DNA of 64,000 nt from the NCBI GenBank assembly GCA_943788985.1, contig CALSSJ010000012.1, forward strand, positions 128,001-192,000. The letters run 5' to 3'. This document shows positions 27,725 through 39,138 of this stretch, in pieces (positions within the stretch are counted from its first letter, which is position 1; each line of letters begins with the position of its first letter). Below the pieces are notes generated by a model. That model did no database searches. It saw nothing but the letters and a program-made list of their open reading frames with translations, and was not told the origin of the DNA. Source of the DNA: an uncultured Lentisphaerales bacterium (GTDB lineage: Bacteria > Verrucomicrobiota > Lentisphaeria > JABSQK01 > UBA12247). The translations under genes and the position numbers were made by a program.

Positions 27725-30700
27725 ATGTTGTTGCCTACTTTTTCCAGTAGGTTCTTGCTCTGTGTGTCGCTGTTGAGCCTGTCCTTATGGAGTGCGGCGG
27801 AAACGCTTCGTTGTGACCGCTTTGTCTTGGCTGATGTCGTCGGTGTCTTTGAGGTTCAGCACCTGGCGGGGCCGGATCAGGTACTGCGAACTTCGCAACT
27901 GCTGGAACGAAGGGCAGGGGAGGGGAGGCTGCGCGTCAGTGGCGAGGGGTTTCAGATCACTTTCTCGGTTGAAGCGCACACAAACTACCTGGTTCTGCGC
28001 CTCGAAAAGGTGGTGGAGCCAGCTCCCGGGACGCTGATGACGTTCGCCTTTCGACTGGCAGCGAACAGCGAGTACGTGCTGACCCGGCTGGACTACATGA
28101 CTGTGCCAACGGATGGCGAGCGGGGAATGTCCTGGCCCTGGATCTGGGGCCGAAATACGGCGAACCCGCTGGGGGCGTTCGCGATTCAGGCTCCGCGGAA
28201 TGACCAGGAATTCGATGAAAACCTACTCCAGATGTGGGTGGAAGATGGGCTGCCGCATCCGACCGGGGAGTGGACAATCGAGCGCGCCCGGAGTTGGCTG
28301 AGCCACTGGCAGCAGCGCTTTGCGGACCAGAGTTGCATCGTGCTTGGCGCCAAAACGCGGGGGGAACTGGAGCAGGTGACTGCCTGGGCCGATTCGCTGA
28401 AGATGAAACGGGTTTATCTGCACACCGATACCTGGCGTGGGGAATACTGGCCATACCAACACTCGTATCTGCGGGTGAATCCTGAGGTGTTCCCGGGTGG
28501 CGAGAAGGATTTGAATGACTACACCATCTCGCTGCGGGAGAAGGGCATGGGGTTTGCCGTGCACAGCACCTGCATGTCTATTGGCCGAAACGATCCGGAC
28601 TATGTACGAGACGGGGTCGATCCGCGCCTGTCGCGCTGGGTTCGAGGGACGTTGACGGAGGCCGTCGGGCAGGAGGCGAAGACGCTCTATTTTTGCCCGG
28701 CACCGGGGGTGCGCCATCCGCGCATGGTTCGCCACGTTTGGGCGGGGCCAGGGACAATGCCGTCTTGGATGGACCTTAAGATGTTTTTGGTGGGGGACGA
28801 ACTGGTGGAGGCCGAGACGGTCGACCATTCAAGGCAGGACGTATGGGTGCTGAAGGGCTGCCGCCGCGGGGCATGGGGCAAGGACGCGAGGTCGCACCCG
28901 GCGGGCACCAAATGCGAGGGCATGGTCAGACCGTATCGTCAGGTCTTTGTTCCAGATCCGGATTCTACGCTCTTCGTGGAGACGATTCAGCGGTGGGCCG
29001 AATTCTGTACGCGGAACAGTGTAGATCATCTTGAGTGCGATGCGTTGGAGGATCACGCAGACAAGCCCTGGGGCGTAGGCAAGTTCAGCTGGCTGCTCAG
29101 TTCTGCACTGAGTTTGCCTAGCACCAGCAACACCTCGAGCGGGAGCCCTCTGCCATTCCAGGTGGAGTACTGGTTCCGGGGGAGTCGGCAGGTGGTTGCC
29201 AATCATGCTCGGGGGGGAGTTGCGGGTGGCGCTAGCCTTCCGCTGTATGCACACAGCGAGATCCGGCAGGCGACCGGGCCCCTACGAGATTCTTTATAAG
29301 CCGGGGGAGATGGTCGGGCGCGGCAGTAGCAGCTTCAATGTGTCCTCTCCGTGGCCGATGTTTGGCGTCACGCCAGAAATTCTGTCCACTCAGGGGCTGG
29401 TGCCGATGGTCGAGGACTTGCTGCGCGATTGGCGAAGCGCGCTCCAGACGATCAGCCCAGGCTGTCGCAAGACGCTGGGTAAGGAATACGGCGTGTTTCG
29501 CAGCCCAATCGGGAAGGGCGGAAATCAGCCGGGGACCGATGTCCTTTTTCGGCCTGAGAGTGTGGAGGGACAAAGCCAGATTACCCCGCTGCGGTTGCTG
29601 GGCCGGAGTTCAGGCGAGTTGAATTGGGGATATGGCCAGGAGTTCGGCCCGATCGTGCCACGGCAATACCTGCGCGTGGGCGAATCGCTCCAACTGGCCA
29701 ACCCCTGGCAGGCACAGGAGCCAGAGTTTTTGATTCGGGTGATGGGAGAGTTGGCAGGGACCAATGACGAGTGGCAAGCTCCGGAGACCGCTCAGACCGA
29801 GGATTCTATTCTGGCGGCCTATGAGGCGGGGACTACGAACGATTTCAGCGCGCACCCGCTGCACAGCGCCCGCCATATCTGGGCGGCTGAAGCTGTAGAG
29901 AATGGTGCGGCAATGCCCGGTGTGGTGCAGCTGCGGCGCAGCTTCAGGGTCAATCTGCGCAAGTTCAAAGGAGCCCGCCTGTATCTCCAGCTGGATGATG
30001 AGGCCGTTGCCTATGTGAATGGCAAGAAGGTGTTCTCGGGCGGCAGCTTCGACCAACTGCAGTTTGTTGAAGTCCGCAATTTTCGCCACGGGCCGAACGA
30101 GGTTTTGATCAAGGCCACGAACGCCGGGGGGGCCGGTAGTGTGGCTGCAGCGCTGCACATTCAAGAAGGAAGCGCCACGCGTGACCTGGCGAGTGATGGT
30201 TCCTGGCAGGCCAGAATTGGCGACGGCGCCTGGGGGGCCGTCGCAGATCTGGGGGCGTACGGTGCCAGTGTCTGGCCTAAGGTTGCCCCGCAACCCGCAG
30301 TCGTCTATCGGGACTTGATGCCCGCGCTAGGAACGATCGAGCCTGGAGAAGGCCATGAGCTGACGTTGGTTGACGATGCCCTGCAGATCAGCTATCGCAA
30401 CGAGAGCAGCGCCCTGACCATGCATCTTAAGGATCGCCCTGCCTGGGCAATGTCCTTAGACATGAGCGCGGCGCGCGGCGTTGGCTGCACCGTGACTGGC
30501 GATGGCAGTGGGGCGGTCTTGGTGATTACCATTGAGGGGCATGGGTACAGGGACTACGTGATTCCGATCGATTTTACCGGCACTCGTGAGCTGCAGATTC
30601 CGACTGGTGAGGTCGCCTGGGCTATGCCCGAGTGGAGCTGGCGCGGGCACGGCAGGTTTCGTTATGACCGGATTCGCAAGGTGCGGGTTGGCTTCGGTAC

Positions 30701-31067
30701 AGTCCCGGCCGCAACGCAGGCCCAGATTACGGTCCGCGATATTCGGCCGCTGCGCGAAGTGGCGACAGAAGTGCGCGACTTGACGATCCGGATTGGCGGT
30801 GGCCGGGAACTCGTGGTACTGGGAGCAATCAACAGCGGCCAGTACCTGTGGTATCGTGGTGGAGACAGCCTGGGGATCTATGACCTGAATTGGAACAAGC
30901 TGCGGGATTGCGAAGTACGCAAACAGAAGTTCTCGGCCCCCAAGGGGCGATTTAATCTACAATTGACAGGTGCAGAAACTGGGCATCAGCCATGGCTGGA
31001 GACTCAGTTCTTCGTCAAGGGCGTTCCGATTGTGCCCAGCGCTCCCACTCCAACTGTAGGCAACTAA
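27725..31067 (+). CDS. Large secreted putative glycoside hydrolase-like protein, split by a +1 frameshift near 29280
   Basis: Signal peptide; removing one C from GGGCCCCTAC joins IRQATGP to YEILYKP; jelly-roll segment (LRRSF..LDDEAVAYVNG..GPNEVLI) and a CBM-like tail (GDGSG..DYVIPIDFTG). Confidence 0.7.
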
Positions 31068-31069
31068 CC

Positions 31070-33556
31070 ATGAGCCCCATGATGCCACGAGACTCCGACT
31101 ATACCTACATGTTCTGGAACCATGGCTGGCGTGGTGAATCCGCAGAAGGCAAGCGGGTGATGTCAATCCAGACGGGCCGATATGCGTGCGCGTTCGACAC
31201 GGAGCGGGCGGCCTTGCTACACTTTGGTGTGTTGGCAAAAAAAGCGGATGCCACGCAGGCTTTGACCGCTGGAAATGACCTGATTTATGACTTGCCAGCG
31301 GCGAGCCTGAGCTGGCATTTGGAAGCGGACAGCACGAGCTACCAAGTGCGTGGTTCGAGGGACACCTGCCGGACGAAGGAGAATTTAGAGGCGCTGGGCC
31401 TGCCGCTGTCGCTCTTGGATGAGCGCACGCCCGGCGAGCAAACGCGGATGATTGTCAGCGGACGCTTCGTGCAGCGATTCGATATGGAGCGGCTGTGCTT
31501 CGAGAGTGATTCAGGCGACGCTTTGCCGGTCGCTGGTAGAGTGGAGGTAACCGCACTACCCGACTACGTTGCAGTGACGATGGAGGTGACTGCCGAGCGA
31601 GACGTCGAGCTATCAAGGCTTACGGCGCGGCTGAAGCTTGGGGCTTGTGAGACTGAGGCAGGCGAGGAGTTGGTAATCTGGGTGCCGCAAGAACAGCGAG
31701 GTAGCGTGCATCGGGATGAGGCCAATGGTGCGATTGAAATCGCGGTGCCTGGCACCACGATCGGGTGCGATACCCCTCTGCGTCTTACCTTTTTCGTAGA
31801 CGCAGAGGCGTCTGAGAGTTGTGTTGGGTCTGAGGCTGAGATTCGAGCGCAGGGGATCGCGCCATACTCTGATTCAATACCAGTGGAGTATGATGCTGAT
31901 CGCGGTCTGCATTGGCTCTCTCTTCCCGAGGTGGGAGAGAATTGGGATATGGAGGGGAATCGAGATTTCATGGAGCGCGTCAGGCTCGTTATCACTAATT
32001 CTTCGCCCACTACGGCTCGGGTACCGTTGGTGTTTGCAAAGTCCAAAAACGTGGCAGGCATTACGGGGATGACGCCGATGTTGCGACAGGTCGATGGCCA
32101 GCCACTCGGGATTCCGGTTCAGATTAGTAAGAACTGGCATTCCACAGCGGGCAAGAGATTTTTGTACCAAGGCCCGTGGTTTCAAGGCTATTCACTGCTT
32201 ACGATTGAACCTGAGACGACCTTTGAGTGCGAGCTGACGATCGCGTACGCGCAGTGGGGAGGCGTGCCAGCAGCATCTCATGCTCAGCTCTGTCTGATCG
32301 GCTACGGCGGGAATCAGCTCTGGGATCAGGCGGCTATCGGCAGCTATGGCGAAACCATCACCTATGATCCGGATGTGAATCTGGGGCGATCGATGATCGA
32401 TGACGTGCGGCCACTCCTGCTAGAAGGTATGCACGAGGCAAAGTGGGGATGGACCAATAATGTGGGAGGTGGCGATTTTCTTGTCTATTTCAATGAGCGG
32501 AATGAGAAGCAGTACCTCACGCGCATGAAGGCCTTTTATGAGCAGTACGGTCCGAACCTCACAAACGTGCATTACGCTGGTGTTAGCGCGGACGGGAAGA
32601 TCAAGGCGCACATGAAGGTTTCTTCCCCTCGCTGTGACGACTTGAGCCGATCCTGTCACTGGTTTCGCTATGAGGTGAAGGAGCCCGTGGAGTTCTCGCG
32701 CCTGGCTTTCTATCAACTAGGCGCAGACGGCTACAACAACCATCAGTTCAACCAGATGGCCTGGGGAGATAAAGATGGGCTGCGCGAGGAATGGACACCG
32801 GGCAAAGGCGGCTTGGTCTATGAGCGTACCGGCCTGCAATGCGATGGCGACCAGATCTGGTTCTCACTTCATGACTCGCTACCGGGCCTAGCGCACAGCA
32901 GCGGTTTCCGAGAGGCGACGGGCGCGTGGGCAAACCGCGGCCTGGTGGTCCGCTCGTGGTCGGCCCGATTAGGGGGCAAGGACGCACCTGTGCCATACGC
33001 ATCCGTATTTCTTACCGACGACCACATTGCCTCGGCAAACGTAGAGCTGAGTGCACCGCCGGATGTGGGCCGGCTCCTACCGGGAGACTACGTAGAGTGC
33101 GAAGTGGAGTTCCTCGTGCTACCCATCTGTGCGGAGCACTACTACGGCCCTAATGCGCCGCTCCGTGTATCCCTAGAGACAGCCGAGCATTCATGGGAAG
33201 CAGTGCAGCGCCAGGCGGCTGGCAACCAGTTGACAGTCACGGCTTCGCAGGGCACGGTGCTACACGGGAATCCAGTGACGATCCGCGTGGACGCTGCGGA
33301 TGGTGCAGAGTTCGAAATCAGAGGAGGTGTCAGCTACGTGCCGATCGTGATCGTCGGGCTGTCAGCACCCGACGGCTATCGGCTCCAGCTTGGCAAGGGA
33401 AACGGTGGCTGGACGGACTTTGATCAGTCGGTTCACGGCAATGACTTTTGGCAAACGGAGTACTGCGCGGCGCAGAGCATGTGGACCCGCGTTTATAATG
33501 TGGATCTGGGCACGCACGCAGGAGAGCAAGCGTTTCGCATAATGCGGGATGCGTGA
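31070..33556 (+). CDS. Conserved hypothetical protein, paralog of 33642-36635, no signal peptide
   Basis: ATG 2 nt after the upstream stop; motifs GIPVQISKNWH, ASHAQLCLIGYGGNQLWDQ, DQSVHGNDFWQT. Confidence 0.85.
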   Translation: MSPMMPRDSDYTYMFWNHGWRGESAEGKRVMSIQTGRYACAFDTERAALLHFGVLAKKADATQALTAGNDLIYDLPAASLSWHLEADSTSYQVRGSRDTCRTKENLEALGLPLSLLDERTPGEQTRMIVSGRFVQRFDMERLCFESDSGDALPVAGRVEVTALPDYVAVTMEVTAERDVELSRLTARLKLGACETEAGEELVIWVPQEQRGSVHRDEANGAIEIAVPGTTIGCDTPLRLTFFVDAEASESCVGSEAEIRAQGIAPYSDSIPVEYDADRGLHWLSLPEVGENWDMEGNRDFMERVRLVITNSSPTTARVPLVFAKSKNVAGITGMTPMLRQVDGQPLGIPVQISKNWHSTAGKRFLYQGPWFQGYSLLTIEPETTFECELTIAYAQWGGVPAASHAQLCLIGYGGNQLWDQAAIGSYGETITYDPDVNLGRSMIDDVRPLLLEGMHEAKWGWTNNVGGGDFLVYFNERNEKQYLTRMKAFYEQYGPNLTNVHYAGVSADGKIKAHMKVSSPRCDDLSRSCHWFRYEVKEPVEFSRLAFYQLGADGYNNHQFNQMAWGDKDGLREEWTPGKGGLVYERTGLQCDGDQIWFSLHDSLPGLAHSSGFREATGAWANRGLVVRSWSARLGGKDAPVPYASVFLTDDHIASANVELSAPPDVGRLLPGDYVECEVEFLVLPICAEHYYGPNAPLRVSLETAEHSWEAVQRQAAGNQLTVTASQGTVLHGNPVTIRVDAADGAEFEIRGGVSYVPIVIVGLSAPDGYRLQLGKGNGGWTDFDQSVHGNDFWQTEYCAAQSMWTRVYNVDLGTHAGEQAFRIMRDA

Positions 33557-33641
33557 ATTCTGCGGTGAAGCCGTTGCATTGCCCATGGTTGGGTTCATCA
33601 GTGGCGACTGAAACGATTTTCACTGGGCGTGACAAGGATTT

Positions 33642-36635
33642 ATGAAACGATTTTCGCTTATCGGCTATATGATTCTCTGCGCGGCACTGGCTGGCTGCCA
33701 GGCAGAGCAAGACCGTGTGCCCCCGGCAACGGTGAGCACTGTTGCGGATGAAGAGCCACCCAAGCTGGTTGCCGAGGACTTCTCGTATGGGTATTGGCTG
33801 AATGGTTGGCGAAAACCAGCTGATGACACGAGCGCGGATGTGCTGCGTATCGAGACCAATAAATATACCTTCGAGTACGACCTCGATCGCTTGGAGGAGC
33901 CCAGCTTTGGACTATTCGACAGAGCCGTTGGTTATTTAGCGAGTTTGGATACGGGAGAAGAGCGCCTGGAGAGCCTAGAACCCGCAGCGCTTACCGTCGC
34001 GATCAAGGTCGCGGGAAAGTCATACCGGGCAGTGTCGAGCCCGAAGAACCAGGCGTTGATGTGGGAATCCGGAAAACTGGCCCAGCATTTCGAGTTTCGT
34101 AGTCTCCGGTTCGAAGATGAGACTGGCGAGTTGCTCCCCGCGTTCGGTGCCCTGAGGCTGGTGGCCTGGCCAGACAGCCTTACTTTTTCGGCAGAATTTA
34201 TGCCAGACCTGATCTACGCGGATGGGGAGTCGGAGGGAGTCGTTGGCTCTGGCCTGTGCATTGTCAAGAAACCACTAGTGATCCCACATAGTCCTAAGTT
34301 AGAACCGGAAAAGCTGACGGTCGAATGTTGGCTCAAGATCCCGGAAAAAATGGACTCTAGTCGCTTCGGCTGGCTACTGTGTAAGAACCGAAATGAGAAC
34401 CAGATAGGCAACTACGGCTTCACGCTGCGCAGTGGGGCCACAGCCGTGATGAATAATCTGGGCGGCAGAGACAATCAGCACCACTTGAAGCAGCGCGGCA
34501 ATCTGGTCAAGGGAAAATGGCATCACCTAGCCCTTACCTATGATGGCAGAAAAATGGTTTTCTATGTGAATGGGCAACTACAAGATAGCAAGACCTTGAA
34601 CGAGAAGCGGCGGGTGGGCACTGGTTCGTTGCGGCTTGGCCAGCGCGCGGATGGCCGATCAGGCGTAACGGGCGGCTTATATGATCAAGTGCGAGTATGG
34701 AACCGCGCTTTGAGCGGGGCAGAGATTAGAGCCCACGCGCAGAGGCCAAAGGTCCTCAGAAACTCCAAGGGCTTGGTGCTCAACCAAGACTTTGAAACTG
34801 GAATCAAGTTCGAGCCAACTGTCTGGAATGATGTGACGCTGCGGCTGGATTTTACGCTCCCGGGCGGGCGGCGCCAGGATGAAGCCTTCATCAGCGGGCC
34901 GTGGCGGATGGGAGAGAAGAAGAGCCTGCACATTCGCTGCCCGGTGGGGAGTGAGGCACAGAGTGGGAAGAGCAAGCTGCAGATTGGTGTTTCGACACCG
35001 GGCGGTCAGCAGTTTCCTGTGCAATTCAACGATGTTCTGGGCTGCCACGTCGCGAGCGTGAAGAATCTGAAACGACGTTTTGCGGGCAAGTACGTGAAGA
35101 TCACCGACTATGATGTGTTCGACATCGTCGTTGACAGCGTAAGGGAGCGGACTGAGAAGGTACCATTTCTTTTGGATTTTCACGGACCTGCGAACATCAC
35201 CGGTCTCGTGCCGATTCTGTGCCAAGCTGATGGCACGCCTACTGGAATCCACATGCAAGTCAGTAAAAACTGGCATAAATCCGGGTTTGGAAACTATCTG
35301 CGCGCGTATGCGCTGCTGCCGGTTGAGCCCGGGGCGAATCAGTATCAGCTACGCATTCCCTACGGATTCTATGGATCGCTACCGTCTGCCAGCCATGGGC
35401 AGTTGTCCCTTGTTGGCTATGGCGGGAACCAGCGCTGGGATCAGTTGGCGCTGGCTTGTGGTGGCGAGTTGATCACGTTCGATCTGGATATGAGTTTAAC
35501 GGAGGTTGCGGTGTGTGACGTTCGTGTGGCGCTAGGGCGCAAGGGAAAGAACGGGAATGCTTGGGACTGGAGCGATGCTGGCTGGGGCGGTGACTGGCTA
35601 GGCCTTTTTGCTGGCAAGACAAAGCTGGCGTTCAGCGAAATGAAAACTGCATACCTCTCTCATGGGCCATGTCTGACGGATGTCGTATATAAGGGGGCGT
35701 ATGGCACGGACCGCAGTGTTTTGGTGGATGCGAGGGTTCAGCTCTCGCGCACGGATGACTACGGGCGGACATTCCAGACCCTGCAGTACCACTTCGAACA
35801 GCCGAACAGCGCGAAGGAGAGCTATTTTCTTAAGCGGCATGGGCGAGCATTTGACGGAACCGTCGCCTACGGGAATGCCGCCGGTTTGATCGCGGAGAAG
35901 CGTGTCACCAGTACGCTGAGAAAGGGGGATTTGCTGGTTGCGTCAGTTGAGTTGTCCGGCCCCGGTCCTTGGTGGGTGGCGTTTCCGGAGCGTGGCGCGG
36001 AGACAACTGGCTATGTTTCGCTAATCATTCGCGAATACGCGGCCTCTTTTGGCGATAGAACCAGCACCAATCCATCCTTGCGGGTCAGGGTTCAAGAGAT
36101 CCGAAAGGATCAGGCGAAGCTTGAAGCGCTCATCGTCCCGCCGAAGGGCGTCGAGACATTCAAACCTGGAGATTTTGTGATACTCGATAGCGAGTGGGTG
36201 CATCTGGTCACCGAAGCGGACAACTACGGGGGACCGAACGAGTTATATCGCCAGCATTTGCAGGAGAATCCCCGCTCCTGGAAGACGACCCACCGCGAGG
36301 CGGTCGGCAATGATCTCCAGATTGCGGTACGGGGGGGCGATCTGCTGCAGGAGTTACCGGTCGTAATTCGCGCTGAGTTGCCGGAAGTCACAGTGGATAT
36401 CAAGGGGGGGGTCGGATTCCTACCCATTCGTTTTGAGAACCTCGCGACTGCGGACGGCTATGCCATTTATGAAGTCGTGAGTGGAATGGAGGTCAAGCTC
36501 GACCAGGCCGTACATGGCAACGACTTCTGGCAGACGGACTACGACGGTGCTACGGACAGCTACAAGCTCAGCTTCAACCTCCCGGTCGATGGTAAGAGCA
36601 CCAGCACCTGGATTCTGAAGACGTCACTGCTCTGA
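33642..36635 (+). CDS. Lipoprotein with LamG-like domain, paralog of 31070-33556
   Basis: Lipobox LAGC; LamG (LTVECW..WHHLALTYDG..YVNG..DQVRVWNRALS); GIHMQVSKNWH, DQAVHGNDFWQT. Confidence 0.88.
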   Translation: MKRFSLIGYMILCAALAGCQAEQDRVPPATVSTVADEEPPKLVAEDFSYGYWLNGWRKPADDTSADVLRIETNKYTFEYDLDRLEEPSFGLFDRAVGYLASLDTGEERLESLEPAALTVAIKVAGKSYRAVSSPKNQALMWESGKLAQHFEFRSLRFEDETGELLPAFGALRLVAWPDSLTFSAEFMPDLIYADGESEGVVGSGLCIVKKPLVIPHSPKLEPEKLTVECWLKIPEKMDSSRFGWLLCKNRNENQIGNYGFTLRSGATAVMNNLGGRDNQHHLKQRGNLVKGKWHHLALTYDGRKMVFYVNGQLQDSKTLNEKRRVGTGSLRLGQRADGRSGVTGGLYDQVRVWNRALSGAEIRAHAQRPKVLRNSKGLVLNQDFETGIKFEPTVWNDVTLRLDFTLPGGRRQDEAFISGPWRMGEKKSLHIRCPVGSEAQSGKSKLQIGVSTPGGQQFPVQFNDVLGCHVASVKNLKRRFAGKYVKITDYDVFDIVVDSVRERTEKVPFLLDFHGPANITGLVPILCQADGTPTGIHMQVSKNWHKSGFGNYLRAYALLPVEPGANQYQLRIPYGFYGSLPSASHGQLSLVGYGGNQRWDQLALACGGELITFDLDMSLTEVAVCDVRVALGRKGKNGNAWDWSDAGWGGDWLGLFAGKTKLAFSEMKTAYLSHGPCLTDVVYKGAYGTDRSVLVDARVQLSRTDDYGRTFQTLQYHFEQPNSAKESYFLKRHGRAFDGTVAYGNAAGLIAEKRVTSTLRKGDLLVASVELSGPGPWWVAFPERGAETTGYVSLIIREYAASFGDRTSTNPSLRVRVQEIRKDQAKLEALIVPPKGVETFKPGDFVILDSEWVHLVTEADNYGGPNELYRQHLQENPRSWKTTHREAVGNDLQIAVRGGDLLQELPVVIRAELPEVTVDIKGGVGFLPIRFENLATADGYAIYEVVSGMEVKLDQAVHGNDFWQTDYDGATDSYKLSFNLPVDGKSTSTWILKTSLL

Positions 36636-36851
36636 GTATCTACTTACGCGTCGCAACGTGCAGACCGTGGCCTCGCCCTGATCGCAGGTAAACTCGAACT
36701 TCTCGCAGAAAACCAGCAGGCTCGCTGAGCGCTTCGAAGACTGCGGGGGCCAGGTCTGGCAAGCTATTTATTCTTCCAGCAGACTACGAAGCGGGGGATC
36801 AAATCACATGGCAGGCGGCAAGTATCGTCGGTGGGCTTGTGTGGTTAAGCG

Positions 36852-36921
36852 GCCGCAAAAGGACGCAAGGAACGCACAAGCAGGCCCGCTCTTTTCTGCG
36901 ATCTTTGCGTTCCTTCGCGGC
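36852..36921. repeat. Imperfect 29-bp inverted repeat (REP-like) between convergent genes
   Basis: GCCGCAAAAGGACGCAAGGAACGCACAAG versus reverse complement of 36893-36921, 22/29 match; related sequence at 61301. Confidence 0.7.
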
Positions 36922-36975
36922 TATCCGTAGTTTGAATTTGAGTTGGCCCTTGCGGGGCAGAAAGAAGGCCTGCTG

Positions 36976-37671
36976 CTAGTGGAGGTCGAAGAGGCTGGGC
37001 TCTTGATGCGCTGGCTCGACGCAGCGCGGCCCGTTGTTCGCCGGGCGATTAACGAAGTTGGAAACTGGGTAGAACTGTAGGTCGTCAGATGCGGACTGTG
37101 CAAGTTCAGCGAGTAGCAGTTCGGGTGGCTCAGCGGGAGACAGCCAGCGTTTGTGTTGTTGTGGCGTGAGCAAGGCGGGCATGCGATTATGAATCTGCGC
37201 GAGCTTGGGAGCCGGCGGGCGCGTGATGATGGTGAAGCTGGAGACGGCATTCTCGCCGTGCTGCCAGCGGTCCCACAGCGCCGCAAAGCACAGCAATGGG
37301 GCCCGCTCTGAGGTAATGAAAAACGGGGTCTTGCCCGCAGGACTCTTCTGCCACTCGTAGTAGCCCTGCGCAACAGCGACGCAGCGCTTGCGCTGCACGA
37401 GGCTGCGATAAGCAGGCTTGGTCGTTAGCGTCTCAATCCGGGCATTGATCATCTTATAACCGACAGAGCGCGACTTCGCCCAGCGGGGAATCAGGCCCCA
37501 ATGCATGGGATGGAGGACTTGGCTCTCGTTCTCTTGGCGGAGGACCGCGGCGACCTGCGAGGGCGCTACGTTGTAGCTGGGAGCAAGTGGTGGCGCTGCA
37601 TCCCAATGCGACGCTTCGAATACTTCCATGATTTCAGCTGCTGTATGAGGCAGCGACATTCTTCCGCACAT
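36976..37671 (-). CDS. SRAP / SOS response-associated peptidase (YedK/HMCES family, abasic site protection)
   Basis: N-terminal MCGR, YNVAP, WGLIP, INARIET, YYEW, IHNRMP. Confidence 0.93.
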   Translation of the reverse strand: MCGRMSLPHTAAEIMEVFEASHWDAAPPLAPSYNVAPSQVAAVLRQENESQVLHPMHWGLIPRWAKSRSVGYKMINARIETLTTKPAYRSLVQRKRCVAVAQGYYEWQKSPAGKTPFFITSERAPLLCFAALWDRWQHGENAVSSFTIITRPPAPKLAQIHNRMPALLTPQQHKRWLSPAEPPELLLAELAQSASDDLQFYPVSNFVNRPANNGPRCVEPAHQEPSLFDLH

Positions 37672-37721
37672 TCTGAACTCGATTTAAGGCTGATCTCCGC
37701 GCGTGGTCGTACAGTAGGAGC

Positions 37722-38135
37722 ATGGCCAAGTGGAAACAAGTTCTCATTCTCAGCTCAATCATTTTGATTCCCATTCTCATGGGAGGCGGTCTGTTCGCGT
37801 GGTTCAAGATCTCCGCTACCAGGCATGCAGCCTTGTGGCAGGGCGTGGACATCAGCGACTGGGCCCCACTGGAGAGTGCAGAAGAGTTAGCGCGCGGTGC
37901 GCGGATTTACCGGCAATCCTGTCAAACCTGCCACGGTGTAGACGGCGTCGGGATTATCGGACCACCGCTGACGGATCCGAAATGGCGCGACAGCCTCGGC
38001 TTCCCGGCAATGGTAAACATCGTTCTTTCAGGAGTGGAAAAGACGCCGATGCCAGCGTGGAAAGGATCCATGGAACCGGAGTCGCTGCACGTCGTGGCGA
38101 GCTTCGCCTGGTCGCTGTCTGCCCCTGCGGAGTGA
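37722..38135 (+). CDS. Membrane-anchored monoheme cytochrome c (cbb3 subunit III-like)
   Basis: TM, CQTCH, GPPLTD.KW, PMPAW. Confidence 0.88.
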   Translation: MAKWKQVLILSSIILIPILMGGGLFAWFKISATRHAALWQGVDISDWAPLESAEELARGARIYRQSCQTCHGVDGVGIIGPPLTDPKWRDSLGFPAMVNIVLSGVEKTPMPAWKGSMEPESLHVVASFAWSLSAPAE

Positions 38136-38145
38136 GCGCGGCGTC

Positions 38146-38941
38146 TTGATCGGCGGATCAAGCATCGTATTCATCAGCCATGTTCCTATCTTGAGGGCGC
38201 CTCTTAGTGCGGCATTGGACAGGCACAGGAAATTCGTCACAGGCTTTCTTTTTCTAGTTTTCGTTGCCTGGCCCCTCTTTGGTGAGAGCTTCACGGTGAT
38301 CGAGTGCAAGGGAACCGTCAAGAACAGCAATGGCGGGGCATGGGCTCCAGTGGCGCTGAAACAGGCATATGCCTATGGGACCAGAATTCCCACTGGTAGG
38401 CGTTCCCATGTGGAGTTTGAACTGTCATCTGCCAACACTGTGTTGGGGCTCGCCCGTGCCGAAGTTGCGATTACCGTAGATACGAATGATCTCAAGATCA
38501 AGCGGAGCAAGCTGACGCGAGGCACGGTGCAACTGAAACCTGGCCGGTGGCGTTGGAAGGTCGCGACAGCCTGTTTACCGATGTCACCATAGACCGATGG
38601 GCTGTAGAGTTCAGCTACGGGGGAGAGCCGGGGGCGCGTCTTTGGGTCTAGACGAAGGCGGAGAAATCGGCCCGGTTCGAAGCGACGTTGACTGAGGACA
38701 AGGGTGGCAAGCAGTGATCGCCTTCCGCATGATTCTTGGCGCAGCCAAGTTCCGTTTTCTAGGCGGCAATGAGGCGACCAAGGTCGTGAGGCCAAGCAGT
38801 GTTGCCGTTTACGAAGGGGCAGGGCAGGCCGCAGCAGGGGGCACCGCAGAAACTGTGTTAGCGCAAGTCAAGAAGAAGGTAACCGAGGCCAAAGAGGCGG
38901 CCCCTGAGAAGAGCCCCGAGGAGCAGGCAGCGGAAGGCTAG
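38146..38941 (+). pseudogene. FecR-like domain gene remnant
   Basis: Signal/TM then KGTV..W..TGRRSHVEFEL..LTRGTV; reading frame breaks after 38592 and resumes as a fragment at 38714-38941. Confidence 0.45.
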
Positions 38942-39138
38942 GACGCACGCAGGTCGCGGAAGGTCGCGCCACCAGCACCACCACAGGATCACGAGAATAT
39001 CGTGCCACAGAGTAACGGCGAAGAGTAAGTCCGCAGGCTGACATAAGATATTCTCGCGGTCCCGCAGCCCCGGAGTTGCAACCGATGCGAGATTCAGCAC
39101 AGTACGTGCTTTCGAATTCCCCAACCGCGCGTCGTGAC

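Noticed and set aside
36976..37671. SRAP gene as a prophage or mutagenesis cassette marker
   Set aside because: No phage, integrase or error-prone polymerase genes nearby
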